Shown here in pieces: positions 34,901 through 49,900 of a stretch of 64,000 nt of DNA. Each line of letters begins with the position of its first letter. Position 1 is the stretch's first letter. The notes beneath the pieces are model-generated. The model was not told the DNA's origin. It did not search any database and was given only the letters and a program-made list of their open reading frames with translations. Made by a program: the position numbers and the translations under genes. The DNA comes from Nitrospinaceae bacterium (GTDB taxonomy: Bacteria; Nitrospinota; Nitrospinia; Nitrospinales; Nitrospinaceae). Location of the stretch: assembly GCA_965237905.1 (NCBI GenBank), contig OZ250172.1, positions 928,001 to 992,000 of the forward strand. The letters are read 5' to 3'.

Positions 34901-37900
34901 GATCGTCGCCGCAATGCCGTAGAGCGGCTCCGCGGTGCCGTTGCGGCTGGTAAAGATGCGCCCGTCGTCGCCGAGCACGCCGTCGTCACCTGTGCCACCG
35001 GAAATCCAATCACGACCCCAGCCGCCGAACAGGTCGTCATCCTGACCTTCGCCAAAGACCACGTCGTCGCCGACTTGCGCGTAGATGAAATCGTCACCGG
35101 ATTCGCCGTGCAGTTCATCGCCGGCACCGTTATCGATCAGGCCCGGATCCCAGTCGGGTCCGCCCGGGGTATAGTCGAGTAATTCGGCGGCACGTACAAC
35201 AATCTGCTCGCCATAGCCGTCATCGTAATTAAAACTTAAAGGCGCACCGCTTGCATCCAGCAATCGGAAGATGTTGCCGTTGTCGCCGAGGATCATATCG
35301 CTGTCGCGCGAATGGCGGTCTACAAGAGCGATGTCAACCGCACCCGAGCCATCGCCCGTGCTACGGTCTTCTACATATTCGTTGCGATTGATGCGGATAC
35401 CGGCGCCGCCGAACAGAAGGTCACCTGCATCCGGACGTTCTTCATCCGTGTCGAGGCTGAAAAAGTTCGAATTACCACCGACAATGTCGTCCTGACCCAG
35501 GTTACCGAAGATCACATCGGTACCGGCATTGCCCTCTATATAATCGTCGCCGTCACTATCGGCCTCGAAGGAAGCCGTCACCAAGAGCGCACCAGTGAGC
35601 CCACCTGGGAGGACCTCACGACTGGCAGCTACAGGGATACCGCCCTCAACGAGGCCGTCTATCGAACCGTCGCCCTGGATCACGTCGTCACCGAGCTGAC
35701 CGAAGATGGTGTCGTCATCCGCTCCACCGGCGATGTAATCGTTGCCAAAATTGGTGCCGTCAGCGTCCTGCAACGCCTTGGTATGATCCAGACCGGTGAT
35801 CTCGAATTCGGCCCACGGCGCGCTGATCCGCGGATCGGCAAACCCCGTCACCCGATCGGCCAGGACATCCCCATTTTCGTCATAGATGAGCGAACCGGTC
35901 AGCGCGCGAACCCGTGGACTCGCATCACGCACGAGGGCGGTTTCCGGACGATGTTCGAGCACCACGTTGTCGCCGAAAATCAGGTCGTCATCGGTGCCGC
36001 CATCAATGCGGTCACCCAGGGTGTTGATGCTGTTGGCGCCGCCGATAAGGATATCCGCACCGCTGTCGCCGTAAATTGTGTCCTCGCCGCCTTCGTTGAG
36101 AACAGCACTTTCGATTTTAGCGATCTGGAAGTAGGCGGTAGAGAAAACCTTCAGTGCCGGGACCACTTCTGTGATAATGCCGTGGTCACCAAATACGATA
36201 TCGGCTCCGCCGCCGCCGTGAATGACATCGTCGCCAACGACGAGCGGATCGTGATTCGGGAAAGAGCTCGTGTTCACCGTTGGAATGGTCAGGAGGTTCG
36301 TTAACGGATCGACGTTGACGCCGGAATCGCCGTAAATATGGTCGACGCCGTCCTGTCCGAAAAACAAATCGTTGCCCGAGCCGCCGGCGAGATGATCGCC
36401 ACCCTGACTGCCGGTGATCGCATCGTCGCCCAGTCCGCCGTAAATCGTCAGGCCGAGAATGGAAGCCGAGGCATCAATGATGTCGTCGCCAAAATTACCA
36501 AACTGGATGGCCAGCGGGTTCTCTTCTGAATCCTGTTCCACGATACCTGACTGGCCTCGGTAGCGGTTGCCGTCCTGTGAGGTGTCGCCGTAGACCACCA
36601 GCGGCGAGGCCGAACCGCCGCCGCCATTGATGATGATGGTATCGCCGCCCCGCACGCCCGGTGCGGTCTCGGTGTTGCCGCCCCCGTGGACCAACGTCAG
36701 GCCACCGTGTAATGCCGGGTTCCTCAGAGTGTCGTTGATGGTCAGCAGGTCGTTGCCAGTGCCGAGCAGAATTTCAAGAACCTCCAGGTCATCCACCGTG
36801 ATGCCGCCCGGGAAGGTGATGTCGTCGGACGGATCACCGGGGGTGCCCAGATCCGTGGTCAGATTATCGCCCATACCAAATCCCGACAGGTTGATCGGTG
36901 CGGCCAGCGAAACCACATCATTGACCACAGTCACCGCATCAAGCACGCCCGTATCGTCAGAGACACTGCCATCATTGAAAATGTTCGTACGGTCGACCTG
37001 CAAATTCTCGTCGACAAAGAAATTCTCCGATTGATCGGTGATGGCAAAGGTGCTTGCGCTGGTGGGCACTACGGTATCCCCGAAGCCAGCCGATTCGAGC
37101 AGGGTTGGGTTCTGTAATGTCAATACCGAAGTGCCGGGCGTGGTTACCGAATCGATCGCGTTGATTTCCCAGAATCGGCCCTGGCCGGGACCGGTACTGA
37201 TCTCAAGCGTCAGTCCAACCAACTCACTAAAGGTGGCCAGACCCAGCCGGACACGTGCCACTTCAAGGTCGGCGGTTGCGACGGTCATGGTATCCACTGC
37301 GCCGGACTCCCCGGTGCCGGTGAAATCCTGAACGTCCCCGTCTGCCGGAAAGATATTGGATTCGCCCGGCAACATCACGGGGTTCACCAGCGAACGGTTG
37401 GCACCCTCAAGGAAGAAACCCTCGATGAGCAACGGACCCGCTATCCCGGCCAAGGTATGCGGCTGGACGGGGAATTTCTTAATGAACTCGGCTCCCGGCG
37501 CAGGTACGAAATCGGGGTCTACCGACACTTCCAGCGTGACGGCGTCAAACCAATTCGATGCATTAAACGTGACCGTCGGTGGCAGGCTGCCGGTCGCACC
37601 AGAGAACCTTATGTCGTCGCTACTGATCAACGTCTGCCCGTCCGTAAGAATGCTGACGACAACTTCTCCGACTGGGGCGCTGGTGAGGCGGATATCGTAG
37701 GAATCAGACACGGCAGGATTTGCAGCGTCAGCCTTGAAGAGCAACGTGGAGCCGTCGGTCTCGGTCACCAGCAACCCGGCAGTATCGTTATCGACCACGA
37801 TCACCTCGAGTTCCGGCGCGCCGTCGACCACGAAACCGGTATCGGTGCTGGTAACGTTGTGGGTGATGGCCAGGCGCAGGGTATTTTCCCGTACGCCATC

Positions 37901-40900
37901 ATCCACGGCTTCAACACCGATTTCGACTGGATTCATGTTAGTGGAATCGAAGACGATGGTATTCGTTGTCGTATCGAAGCGTGCATCTCCCATCAGGTTG
38001 GTCAGTACAAATTGTGTGCTATCGAAATCCAGCGATACCGTCACTGTCTCGCCTGCAACCGGTGGCCGCGTAAGCTGTAAGGTGTAGCTATCACTGATGC
38101 CGGTGATATTGCCCGGCGCCATGAGGTTGCCCTCCAGAATCTGAGTCTTGTTGCCCGTCTGCTCGAACACCAATCCGGCCTGATCGTCATCGATAACCGT
38201 CACTTCAACATCGGAAATAGCAAATTCCTGATCATTAGAATTGAAGAATAGATCATCGCTCTTCATGGCATGGCTGACAACATAGATACGTTCGCCTTCC
38301 ACGAAGCCATCGTCGATCCCCTTCACTGAAACGATCTGATCATCCATCCAGTTGTCAGAAGTAAAAGTGAGCACTACCGCTTCCTCGAAGGTTGTGCCAT
38401 CGGAGGAAACCAGGATACTGTCGCCGCCCTGATCTTCATCCTCACTCGCGGAGCGTGCCGCCGAAACAGTAACATAAACGTTTTCTGTCGGCGCACTGGC
38501 CAGGCGCACGGTGTAATCATCCAGGGCACCCATACCGGACTCGCGAACGACCGTTTTTCCGTCGGACTCTGTGATGATAACTTTCCCCTGATCTGCGGTT
38601 CCAATAGTGAGGTCAATACCCGGGGCGAGCAGTTGATCGTAGTCTGCGTCGGTCGTGCTACTAATGGAGTGATTGATGACGCCGCTCAGGCCTTCCGGGT
38701 CGCGGCTGATAATTGTTTGGGTCACATCACTGCCGACGTTGAATTGATCGCTACCCAGCCCGCCGATGACGGTGGTCACCACGCCGCTGGGGGTGCTCAG
38801 CACGAAGAAATCGTCGTCACCCTCGACGCCGTCGACCTGCACCGCTTCTATATTATCGAAACGAACGAAGAGGCCCGCGCCAAAGACGCCGTCTTCAGTG
38901 ATGGCGAAGTTGTCACTGAATTCGGTGCCGACCACCACCACGGTATCGAACCCGCCGCCGCCATCGATGGCTACAGGCGCGTTGATGTTGTACTGTATCG
39001 TGTCTTCGCCGAGTCCGGTATCGATCTCGGTAGTCTCTTCGGTGGTAAAGCCGTCGCCGGTAACAAGCGCGAAGGCCCGGATGACGAAGGTGTCGTTGCC
39101 GTCATTGCCTTCGAGGCGCAGTGGGGCCTTGTTGCTGTAAATCGAGAACTGATCCTCACCGGACCCGCCGTAGATAGTCATCGGCAGACTCACACCACGG
39201 CTGAGGAACCCGCGCGTGGCCTCCACGGTATCGAAGGCGTCTTCGGGTGCGACATCATCGGCGACCCGCGCTGTCTTGTACAATTGACCGATCTGGAAGG
39301 TATCTTTACCGGCGCCGCCATCCAAGGTGACAATGGCAGTGGTGTCGTCGCTGGCGAAGTAATCGTCGCCGCCGAGGCTGTTGACGATCAGCCGCCCGTT
39401 GATGTTCTCATCATAATTGATTCGCTCCTGCTCGATGGGGCGATCCGGAGAGTTGGCCAGCACTTCATCCAACGTGCCCTTGATCAGCGTCACGAAAGCC
39501 GGCGCATCGGCGACCTGTCCGATGATCTCCGTCACCCGGCGCAACAGGAAGATATCGGAATTGTCCGAACCGTTGATGGTCAGTGTATCGGCGCCATCGT
39601 TGGGCAGTCCGGTGTCAAGCACGTTGACCCGGTAATCAGTGAGCCCGCCGGTGGTGTTGATGATGTAAGTATCGTAACCGCCGCGACCGTCCAGATCCAC
39701 CGAATCACGCACCAGTCCATCAACGCCGTCGCCCGGACGGTCGTGGGAGTTTGTGATCGACGGCAACTGATCGAGAATAATCGTGTCACGTCCACCCGGC
39801 AAGCCATCGATATCACCCAGCACATGGGTGTAACCGGTCAGGGCTTCGGGTTCCAGGATGATCAGGTCGTCTTCGCGATTGCCCGCGATCTCAATGGCAT
39901 CCGTATCGAGGGTATTCAAGATGTGGATGAATGTAGGATCGGCATCGTTGTTGCCGGTGTCACCAATGTCGCCATGGAGAATTATTTCATCCGCCGACAC
40001 GACCAAACTTCCCAAGTCGAAGATCGCATTATCTCCGGCATTGAGAAAAACCGAACCCAGAACCGCGAAGATCCGCGCGTTCGGATCCATCAACAGGTCT
40101 TCACCTGTGTCGGCCGAATCGCGCACGTTCAAACCCACGTCGCCCTGATCGGAGTTCACCAGACCGACGTTCAATTCACCGTTCACCTCGGTCAGGTAGA
40201 TATCGCTAGTCGCCGTCGCATTGAGGTGACCCGTCGAGAGAATGGGCGACGAATCGATTTCAATGGCATCGCCACTGGTACCGATACTGCCATTTTGCGC
40301 CGTCATGTTAATGTTGATGGCAGAGATGTTGAGGTCTTCGGGGTCCAAAGGTGCAGTGATATTGAAATCAGCAAGGGTGAGACCCTCGATGCCGAGCGCA
40401 AATAGTAAATTTCCATCGAGAATCGAACCGTTGACAGTCTCCAAAGTCACATCGTCCGTCTCGGAAACGATAGTGTTAATCACCATGTCGTCATCGGTTT
40501 CGATCAGGCCGTCATCGGTTTCAATCAGGAAGATCTCGCCGAAAGCTTCCACCGTTACCGTGCCGCCGATCAAATGAGACGAGTTGATCTCGAAGGGATT
40601 CGGATTCGATGTACCAACCGTGCCGGCTTCGGCATTGAGCACGATAGTATTGGCGTCGATATTACTGGTGCTGTCCGAGCGACGATCAACGATGGAGAGG
40701 TCGGCCCTCACCGCCACGGTCCCCATCAAAGCAGTGATCTGGTCGATCAACGCGTCGCCTTCCACGTCCAGGGCCACATCACCGGAGTCGGACTTCAATT
40801 CCCTGATGTTCAAGGTGCGCGGGCTATGGATAAAGATGTCGCGACCGGCAAATGCGTCAAGATCCCCGAGCCTGATTTCTACATCCAGGAAGTTGGATGC

Positions 40901-43900
40901 GATTCCAATATCGCCCCCGGCTGTCAAAGTGACATCGCCGGTCGCGGGGCTCGTCACGTTGCCGGTAAAAACGTTGACAATCGGAGCGCCGCTGTCTTCA
41001 AAGGCATCAAGGATCGAGTCATCTGCTATCAGATCAACGGAAACATCAGAGGAGACCCGGCCAACAATCATGTTGCCTTCGATCACTTCGATGGTGGCGC
41101 TTCCACCTGCGTCGACCCGGGAAACGAAGAGATCTGAAATCTCCTGGAAGATACTGTTGATGGTGACGTCTTCGGCAACCTGTACAATATCCACCTCGCC
41201 TCCGGCGATGGCGCGGAGCGCACTGGAGGGAGACAGCTGGATACGGAATGGACTGGTCCCATCATCCCCTTGAATGAAACCGCTGGCCCCCAGAGTCAGA
41301 TTACCAAAAGAGCTGATCGCCGCTAGCGTCCCCGTGTCGTGGAGGTCGGTAATGTTACCTTGTGACTCGAGTCTCACATCACCGCCGGCGATGATGTGCT
41401 GGATCATCACGTCCGCCGGGGTCTCAAGGGAGACACCATCAAAAGCGTCGACGGTGAGACTCGATGTGGCCTCGAAGTCTACGTCATCCGAAAGCTCCAG
41501 AGTCAGTGACTCAACCACGAACTTGTTCAGCACCAGATCGCCCGCCATAATAGTGGCAACGGTATTATCGTCAGTCGCGTGTTCCGCAACCAGTTTTTGC
41601 CAGCGGGTTCCATCGTTGTAGTCCTGGTTGGCGAAATTGATCGAGCCTGAGGTACCCAGGAACTCGTAGACTCCATACACATCGGCGTCAAACTCCACCA
41701 ATACGGTATTGCCAGTATTCACCAACCCCGTTGAATCGACACTGGTGACGAAGTCAGGCGTAATCTTCTGCCATAGGCTGGTATCGCTGAATCTATCCTG
41801 ATTGAGGTAGTCACTTAAAAACCGGTCGTTATCAACATCCTGAACGAAAATGGTCGGATCGATATTTTTGAAGTTGCTGAAATAGCGGTTTTCAACCGGG
41901 TTCTGCTCGAAAGTAACCGGGTCAACCAACGTCGCTTCCATCCATAGGGTGATATCCGTGAAGTCAGTCTGAGACAGGAAGATCTCGGTCTCGGCACCGA
42001 TGTATTCGAATACAACTCCCTCATGATTGACCAGGGTAACGTTGGGGATAGCATTAATATTCGAAGTATCGATCCAGCTGGGATGACTCATGTCCGAAGC
42101 ATCGACCCAGTTGACGTCATTGGCGTAATCCACATCACGCAGAGAAATTTGGATGGCCGTGGCGCCAATGTATCGGTACACCGTGCCCGTGTTCAGATCT
42201 TTAACCAGGGTCACGTCTGGGATAACTTCAACATGAATCAAATTGACGTCCAGGTCCGCAGTCCCAATGTACCTGAACAGTTCATAGTTGACGCCGACAA
42301 TGTCGTTGGCCGTTGCACGCGACAAAAGCTCTTTCTCAGCGGTCGAGAGGGCGGAGTAATCGAACGGCTGGTCGGGAGAAGTTTGCTTAAAAACGATCGT
42401 GGTGATGGCCTCGACACGACCGATCTGGGCCTCGGCCTCGGCACCGCCGGCGATCAGCGTGACATTCGCTCCCTTGATGTTAAGCGTCTCCGGGGCGGAA
42501 GTCTCCTGTTCCTCACCCAGGAATTCGGCCAGTGGGAACAGAGTCTTGTAAAGGCCGGGCGAAACGGGAAACCTGAAAGCGTCCAGCGTGAAGGTATTGT
42601 CATTAACCAATTGCTGTTGCAAGGGATTCAGGTTATCGGCATCGATACTGCCGCTGAGATTGAACAACTCAGTAAAGTTGTCGAGGATCGAGCCGGAGAG
42701 AGTTTCAAGCCGAACGTCACCCGTAAGGGAGTGAATGGAAGCCTCCGCGTCCGGAATCGCCTCGGGCTGGAGCAGATTAAGGTCATCCGGTATCTGAGGG
42801 TCATCCGATATCTCAGTGGGGTCGCTCAATATTTCGACAATGTTAATATCGCCCAGGGCTCGGGCGGCCACGCCACCAAATCCATGGGTATTGCTGTCAA
42901 TCCGGATCGCCTGGCTGGCCGTACCGATGGCGCCCTCATCCACACGAAGCTCGACCCGCTCACCTCGAATGAAGGAGGAACTGTCAAACATCGTGACGCC
43001 GTGCCGGGCGTTCACGGTCACATTACCGAAGATCGAAGTGACCTGGCCGATCACCACACTATTGTGATCATTGTCTTCGGAGAAGACATTGATGATGATG
43101 TCCCCAGTGGACAACGCATTGACCGGTATCCCGGTATTGCCCACAACGACCAGAACCAGAGTCGCGTCGGGATCAGCCACCGAAGCCGGAGAGTTGAAGA
43201 CCACGCCCGCATTGAGGTTTGTCGCGGCGCTGAAGATGCCCACCCCTTCGGCCTGACTGATGGAGCCGCCGGAAGTCAGGTGAACGTTACCGGAATCGGG
43301 TGCCTCAAGATGACCTTGAATGAAGATATCCCCCAGGGATTCGATGGTAATGTCCGGAACCGCCGCTCCCCCGGTGAAAACGATATCGATCGGATGATCG
43401 GCTTCGAGGGTATGCGTGAAGAAATCCTTGATACCCGTCTCTATCCGAATAATCGTGGTGACGGTCAGCGTACGCAAATAGCCGCCACCGCTGACATGCG
43501 GACCAAATTGGGTTACCCGGACATTTATAAAATCACTCAGGAACTCGTTCTTGCCCGGATCGCTTTCTTCGAAATCGAGATCTATTTGCTCTTGTGGACT
43601 CAGCTCCTCCCAATCCGGATTGCTGGGAAAATCAATAGTATTCAACTCCACGTCGATGGGCTTAAGCTGAGGAATATACCTGTAGATCAAACCGGTACCG
43701 ACATCAGGGCGCATGTCCTTGACCAAGGCACCCGTATCGATATCAACAGTTATGTCATTGATCCTCCGGAGCGCAATGGTATACGCATCGCCATCCTCGA
43801 CGTAGCCCGGTATTCCGTCACCGTTCTTTTCTTCCAGACTTTCCGATTCAAGCAGGAAATCGTTGTCGCGGTCTACGATGGTTCGAGACTGCCAGCCCCT

Positions 43901-46900
43901 ATCCTTTACAAGAAAATCAACCTGGATGCCCGGAAGGAGACCGAAACTCTTCTCCTGATAAACCCGCCGGTCGACATTCGTCCTCTCCTGACCTTCCGTC
44001 CAGACATACCGGAGGCCGTCTTCCAGTTGATACTTGATGTCTTGTCCGATAGCGTGCTGTATATCAACACCTTCCTGAATATAGTCGATTCGAGGTATAA
44101 ACCCGTCTTCATAGTCCTCTTCTGCCAGCTCGCCTGGCGGGGGATTAACAATCGCGGTCCCATTGAAGTGGGTCTCAGTGATCTGGCCGCCGGAAAGCTC
44201 ATAAACGGTTTTTTCCAGAAGGTCGGTATCGATGATGGTGATCTTGCCAACCCGATCTTCCGTGGTATCGATTCGATTGACGACAAGTTGAAAGGGACTG
44301 TTGTTATCGATGTCGACGCCGGTGAACCCGCTGGCGACCTTGAGTTGCCCGTTGCCCGTGCTCATGATCTGACCGGCAATAATGATCTCACCTCCCTGAG
44401 GTACCAGTTCCTCCAGAACGATGGCTTGTCGCTGCGCATCCCAGTACCCGTCGATCGGAACGCCGTCCGCACCGAAGCTGATGCCGGGTAGAAAATTTCC
44501 GCTGGAATCGCGGAAGTTGGTGGTTTGGGTCGGCCCTACGAAATCGGCAGCAATATCCATTTCAATGACATCGGTACCGCTCTGTATCAGTCCGTTGACA
44601 TTCAGGAACCGGGCGGTGATAGAAATCCGTCCCTGCGACAAAATCTTCGAAGCAGAGGTAGGATCCTTTCTCACATTGAGATCGTCGGGGGATCGAACAT
44701 CAGACGCATCCTCGTTGATCGCGTCGGCCAGGGTCGCCAGGGGGGTTACCTGGACAACAGGGTTTTGCCTTAGAAAAAAGTTCAGAAAACCTGTGCCAAA
44801 ATTGCTCAGGTACCGGTTATTCTTCGGACTGCTGGAAGAGAAGTCGACGAAACCGTCGTCACCTGGCTCCAACAACTTCCAATTCGGATCGCCGGCATAA
44901 TCAACAGCATTCAGCAACACACTGGCAGCACCCGCCCCGACGTACTTGTAGACCGAACCAAAAGTAAAGGAGCCGAAGAAACCACCTCCATTTCCACCAT
45001 CATTATCAACGAACACCTCCCGGACCAAAGTAGCCGTCGTGGCCAACACATCGTTCAGGCTGCCAAACCGAAACGTTGAATCGGGATCGGGGGGTGCCGG
45101 GAAATCGGGTTTCGCGCTATTGAATACTTGTTCCCTAACTCTGTCGTAGTCGATGTACTGGCGCGGATCCCGGTTGGTGTGCAACCAGTCTTCCGCGTTC
45201 AGCGTGAAATCTCCGGCCGCCCCAATAACGACTTGTTCACCCCGGATCTCGCCGCTGACGCTGATACTCGCCTCGGCATTTTGGATTTCTATGGTGCCGT
45301 CCTCGTTGATGACATCGCCCCGGATGAAAAGATCTTGCTCCACCGAGGGAAGCAGAAAACCCTCGGTATCATAATCGGTGATCAATCCCAGAAGATTCTG
45401 TACGATGGTAATGGTCTTGTTTTGCAGGTTGAGGAATTCGATTTCCGCTTTGAATGCTTCGAGTTCCTCCGGCGTCAGGTCAGAAGGAAAAACCGGCTGG
45501 TTGTTGAGGTAGACGTTTCCGGGTTCAAGGAGCTGGAAATTCCCATTGTCATCGATCGTTATGCGCTTGTTGTCCCGAATAAACGTGTCATTGACGATCA
45601 TCGAAAAGGGCGTTTCGTTGAAAATACTGATTTGGGCGCCGGCTCCCGCCAGAATCTGGGTGCCCACAATATCGCCAAACGCGTCGGAAGCCGAATCCGG
45701 AGACTCGATAAAGACCGATCCGGGAGACGCTTCGATATTCGGCAGTTCCAGGAATAACGTATCCAGCTCGGCGTTGATTCCCAGTTTTTCTTCTCCCTCA
45801 ACCTCTTCCGTAGCGAACAGGCCCAATTTAATCAAAGCCGTTTCGACCGCCAATAATTGGACCGCATACCGCGCAAGCGCCTCGTCGTCTCCATCATGAT
45901 TGACAATCCAACCGAGTATCTTTTCGTACTCCTCAATCAGAAGGTTGCCCACGTTTGCGTAGGTCAAACGGAGATCTTCCATTTGGACCGGTTTGACAAC
46001 GTAGAATTTATTCTCCAGCGCTGCCCCCAACTGAAGCGTGATATCGCTGTCGTAAATAGGATTACCGGTCGTTTCTTCTATCAAAATCTCGTCGGCGGTG
46101 AGCACACCCAGATTCCTCCAACGACTGGTGTCAAAATAATTTTCTTGCTCCAGCAAAACCGCATCCGAGCTATGATCTGTCACCGGCCGATACTGGTAGT
46201 AGTTGCCCTCGATACCATTGGTGGAACCGGCAACCACTCTGACAATGGTTCCCTGGTTGATGCTGAGCACGATATTGTCGGCTCCCAGTGCGGCGAACTC
46301 GTAAGGCACGTTCTCAAGTTCTGCCGGCAGTCCAAAATCGATCTTTTGCTGAGTAGTCAGCTCCGTCCCCAGAAGGCTTGTGTCGATCCCCGGTATCACG
46401 GGGTTGCCCTGGAATTCGAAAGACTTGATCTGGACGATGATTTTATTGTTGCTGCCCGCTTTGACGGTAGCCGTGGGATCAATATTCACCTTGCTCACAC
46501 CCTTAACGACACCCGTGTCTGGAATACTCATGCCATAGGGAATCAACGAAAGCGATAGCGCCTGGCCATCGGTTTTGGCAAAAGGAAAAAGATCCGGATT
46601 GGCAACGAGGTTCACGTCTTGGAAAGCCTCGAGTTGGGTGTTGCCTGTAACGTTAACGAGGTTGTTCTCGTCGATTTCAGCCCTCAGTTTAGGTCTCGTG
46701 ATACTGGGCAGTAACGAGGCCGTCGTGATGGTGGCATTCGCAAAGCTAAACATAAGGTTCCCCGAGAGCAAGGCGCCTCCCTTCCCGGTGAACAGGTTGA
46801 CATCGTTCCCTTTGATCTGCGAATTGTGTACATCGACGCGGTTCTCGGCGCGCGTGATGGCATTGGCATCGCCGGAGGCCGACCCGCTCAGACCGCTGGC

Positions 46901-49900
46901 AACGAAAAGGTTGGCAGACGCCACATTGACGACTTCGCTCTTGGCCGAGAGCTGTACGTCTCCCCCAAGATTCTCCAGGATGGCGCCATCGACGGCGACG
47001 TTCGCCAGGGAATTTATGTTGACGGTGGACTTGGCAAAACTGTTGCCACTGACGCCGGATATGCCTTCGACCAGGACCGAATCAATCGCCTCGACATTGA
47101 TCCGTGTCGCAACTTCCAGGACTCCGTTGGCTATGAGGTGGCTCCCTGTGCCGATATTGACCACCGCCTGAAACTTGTCCGCGCCGGTTCCAATATCGGT
47201 GGTACTGCTCAGGAAATCAATAGCGCCGCTTAATGCGGCCGTCTCGGATCGAAGGTTGCCGCCTTCAAACTTGTTCTTAGTCAGCTCGTTGATCGCGGTA
47301 ATTCGCAGAGAACCGGTATTGACAGTGACTCCGGTACCAATGTCGACGTTGGCTTTGCTCGTGACCTTGTTATCCGTAACGGCACCGGTTCCCGAACCCG
47401 CTGCGATCGTCACACTATCCGAACGAGAGTCGACGTCCTGCTCGTGAAAAGACGAAATCTCCAGGGCATCCGTATTCACCTGAACATCATTACCTATTTT
47501 CGCAACGGCCGCCAAGTCGCTGTCGATCCCGGAAAAACTGCCGGAAATCGCAACCACACCACCTTTGCCCGCGAAAGTATCCGCCTCCAGATCATCCCGG
47601 CTTATGGCGCCGATCTGAAGGAATCGGGCATCCACCACGGAACCTTGGCGTACGCTCGCCTCAACTCCATCTCCCCCGCCGAGGTTGATGTTAGCCACCA
47701 TAAACCCGGCCGCAAAGCCCCCGACAGCCACACCTTTTCCATCCGCCCGGGCCTTGGTGTCGAAGTCTGCCCTGACGAGGACGTCACGATTGACTGTGAC
47801 GCGTGAGAAATCGCCGATGAAGGCCTGAACATCGGGCCTCATGACCACAAAGCCAAAATTAATGGTCCCCGCTCCGACACCTCCGGCCAAGCCAAAAGCC
47901 TTGATCGTGGGATCGATATCCGAATCGGCCCGGATAACCACATCGTTAACGGCGTTGTCAAAAAGCTGCCCGATCTGAACACCGTTTCCGAGGAAGGCAT
48001 GGGTCGAGCCTGATACCGTAATCTTAACGTAGCTCGCTCCAATCGCAGCGAGACCACCCGCGATTTGAGCCGCATCGCCTTTGATCGTCCGGCTGTCCAG
48101 AGCTTCAATGGTCACCGTATCGGCAATATGGATCGCCCCGCCATCTCCGATAGATGCGAATTGGGAACTGTTGTCCTTGATGACAGTCACCGCGGCGCCC
48201 AGCCCGACATAGCCGAAGGCCCCAGCGAAGCCCAGCCCTTCAACATCATCTATTAATTGCGCACGGACCAGAACATCATCCCCGGCCATGACCTCGCCGG
48301 AAATCGAAGCAATGGTCGTACTCCGGACGTTCAGAACTACTATACCGGCACCAAAACCCACTATCCCGACGGCGAAGGCTCCCGCAACCACATCAACGGT
48401 CATTTTCTCGATGGCACGGACTTCAACATCGTCTAGAGCTACAATCATGGTACCCGAGCCGACGGTCGCGGAAACACCGGGTGGTGTGGCAACAACCTCG
48501 CCGATCTTGGCCTCCAGGTCTCCAGCTCCTGATCCATCCGCATTAAGTCTGGCAGAGGCATCGCCCATAGCGCTTACAGTTTGCGCCGGAGCCGTACTAC
48601 CGACATTCAAGGAATCCGCCAGTAAACTCGTCGCTCCTGCAGACTGACCATCGGCTTCGCCCTCGCCGGTATTAGAACCCTCTCCGGAACCATCACCCTC
48701 GCTTGCGCTCGCACTCTGCAGGACTTTATCGCCATTTCCGTCAGTTTCCTGGTTATTTTCGTAGGTCGAATCAAAGGCCGTTCCTATCGACCAGATGTTG
48801 ATAGAACCAGCCAGACCGACAATACCCAGGGCGCCACTGATTGACAGAGTATCCAGCTCCTTGATCGACAGCGCATTCACATCGACATCCACCGAGGCCA
48901 AAACTTCAGCATTCTCGCCAATCGACGCCGAAGTATCGTTTTTGATATTGCCCATGTCGATGCCCCCGGCCAACCCGGCCACACCCCCGGCCAGCGCGCC
49001 GGCAAAGGTCTCGACGCTTGTAAAATTGGTGGCGGAAACATTGACTCCCTGATCGGCACTGCCACCGATGTCTGTCGTGAACCGAACGATAGTTGGCGCG
49101 TCTTCCCCTATCGCGATTGTTTCGCTAACAAGCACTCCCGCGGATTCCAGCACAAGGGTTTGGCCGCCATCGGTGATATCAGCAATCTTGTGCGTGCCGG
49201 CATTGGGGGAGTTCTGGCCCGATACCGAGATGGTATCGCCAATTCTAAAGCCGTCGTTTTCCCAGCTTCCGGCATCCCGCGTGATCGTATCCGGACTGGT
49301 GTCGGTACTTTCAACAAACGTGAGGGTTTCGTCTGTCGACCGCACGAATGTCGGGGACGGGTCTGCAGTGACTCGGGTAATAACCGGCGCTTCTTCCCCA
49401 ACCGTGATCGTTTCGTTAAAGAGTTCTTGATCGATTTCCAGCACGAGGGTTTGGCCGCCATCGATGATATCAGCAATCGTGTACGTGCCAGAATTGGGGG
49501 AGACCTCACCATCGACCGAGATGGTATCGCCAATTGCAAAGCCATCGGTTTCCCAGCTTCCAATGCTTCGTGTGATCGTGTCCGGATTTATTAAGTTGCC
49601 GTCAACATCGGTTCCGGGATTCTCAGTAAACGTGAGGGTTTCGTTGGGCAACCGCTGGAATTTCGAGGACCGGTCTGTGTTGATGAGAGCCCGGTCGCCG
49701 ATGGAAGCCGTGGTGTCGGAATCGATGAGCGTGGTCAGCAGACCGCCGGCGAGTCCAAAGTAAAGACCCACGCCTCCCGCAACGGCGAGGGTGAACACGT
49801 CCTCGCTGGAATGAGCCTGAACCGCCACGCCATTCATGGTTTCGGTATCAAAGTTACTACCGGAAATATCCCCGGAGTAGATATCGGAGAAGCCGGTACC

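Noticed and set aside
40491..40529. 21-bp tandem duplication (LIETDDG/LIETDDD)
   Set aside because: It is real but only a two-copy in-frame micro-duplication, not a CRISPR array or VNTR.
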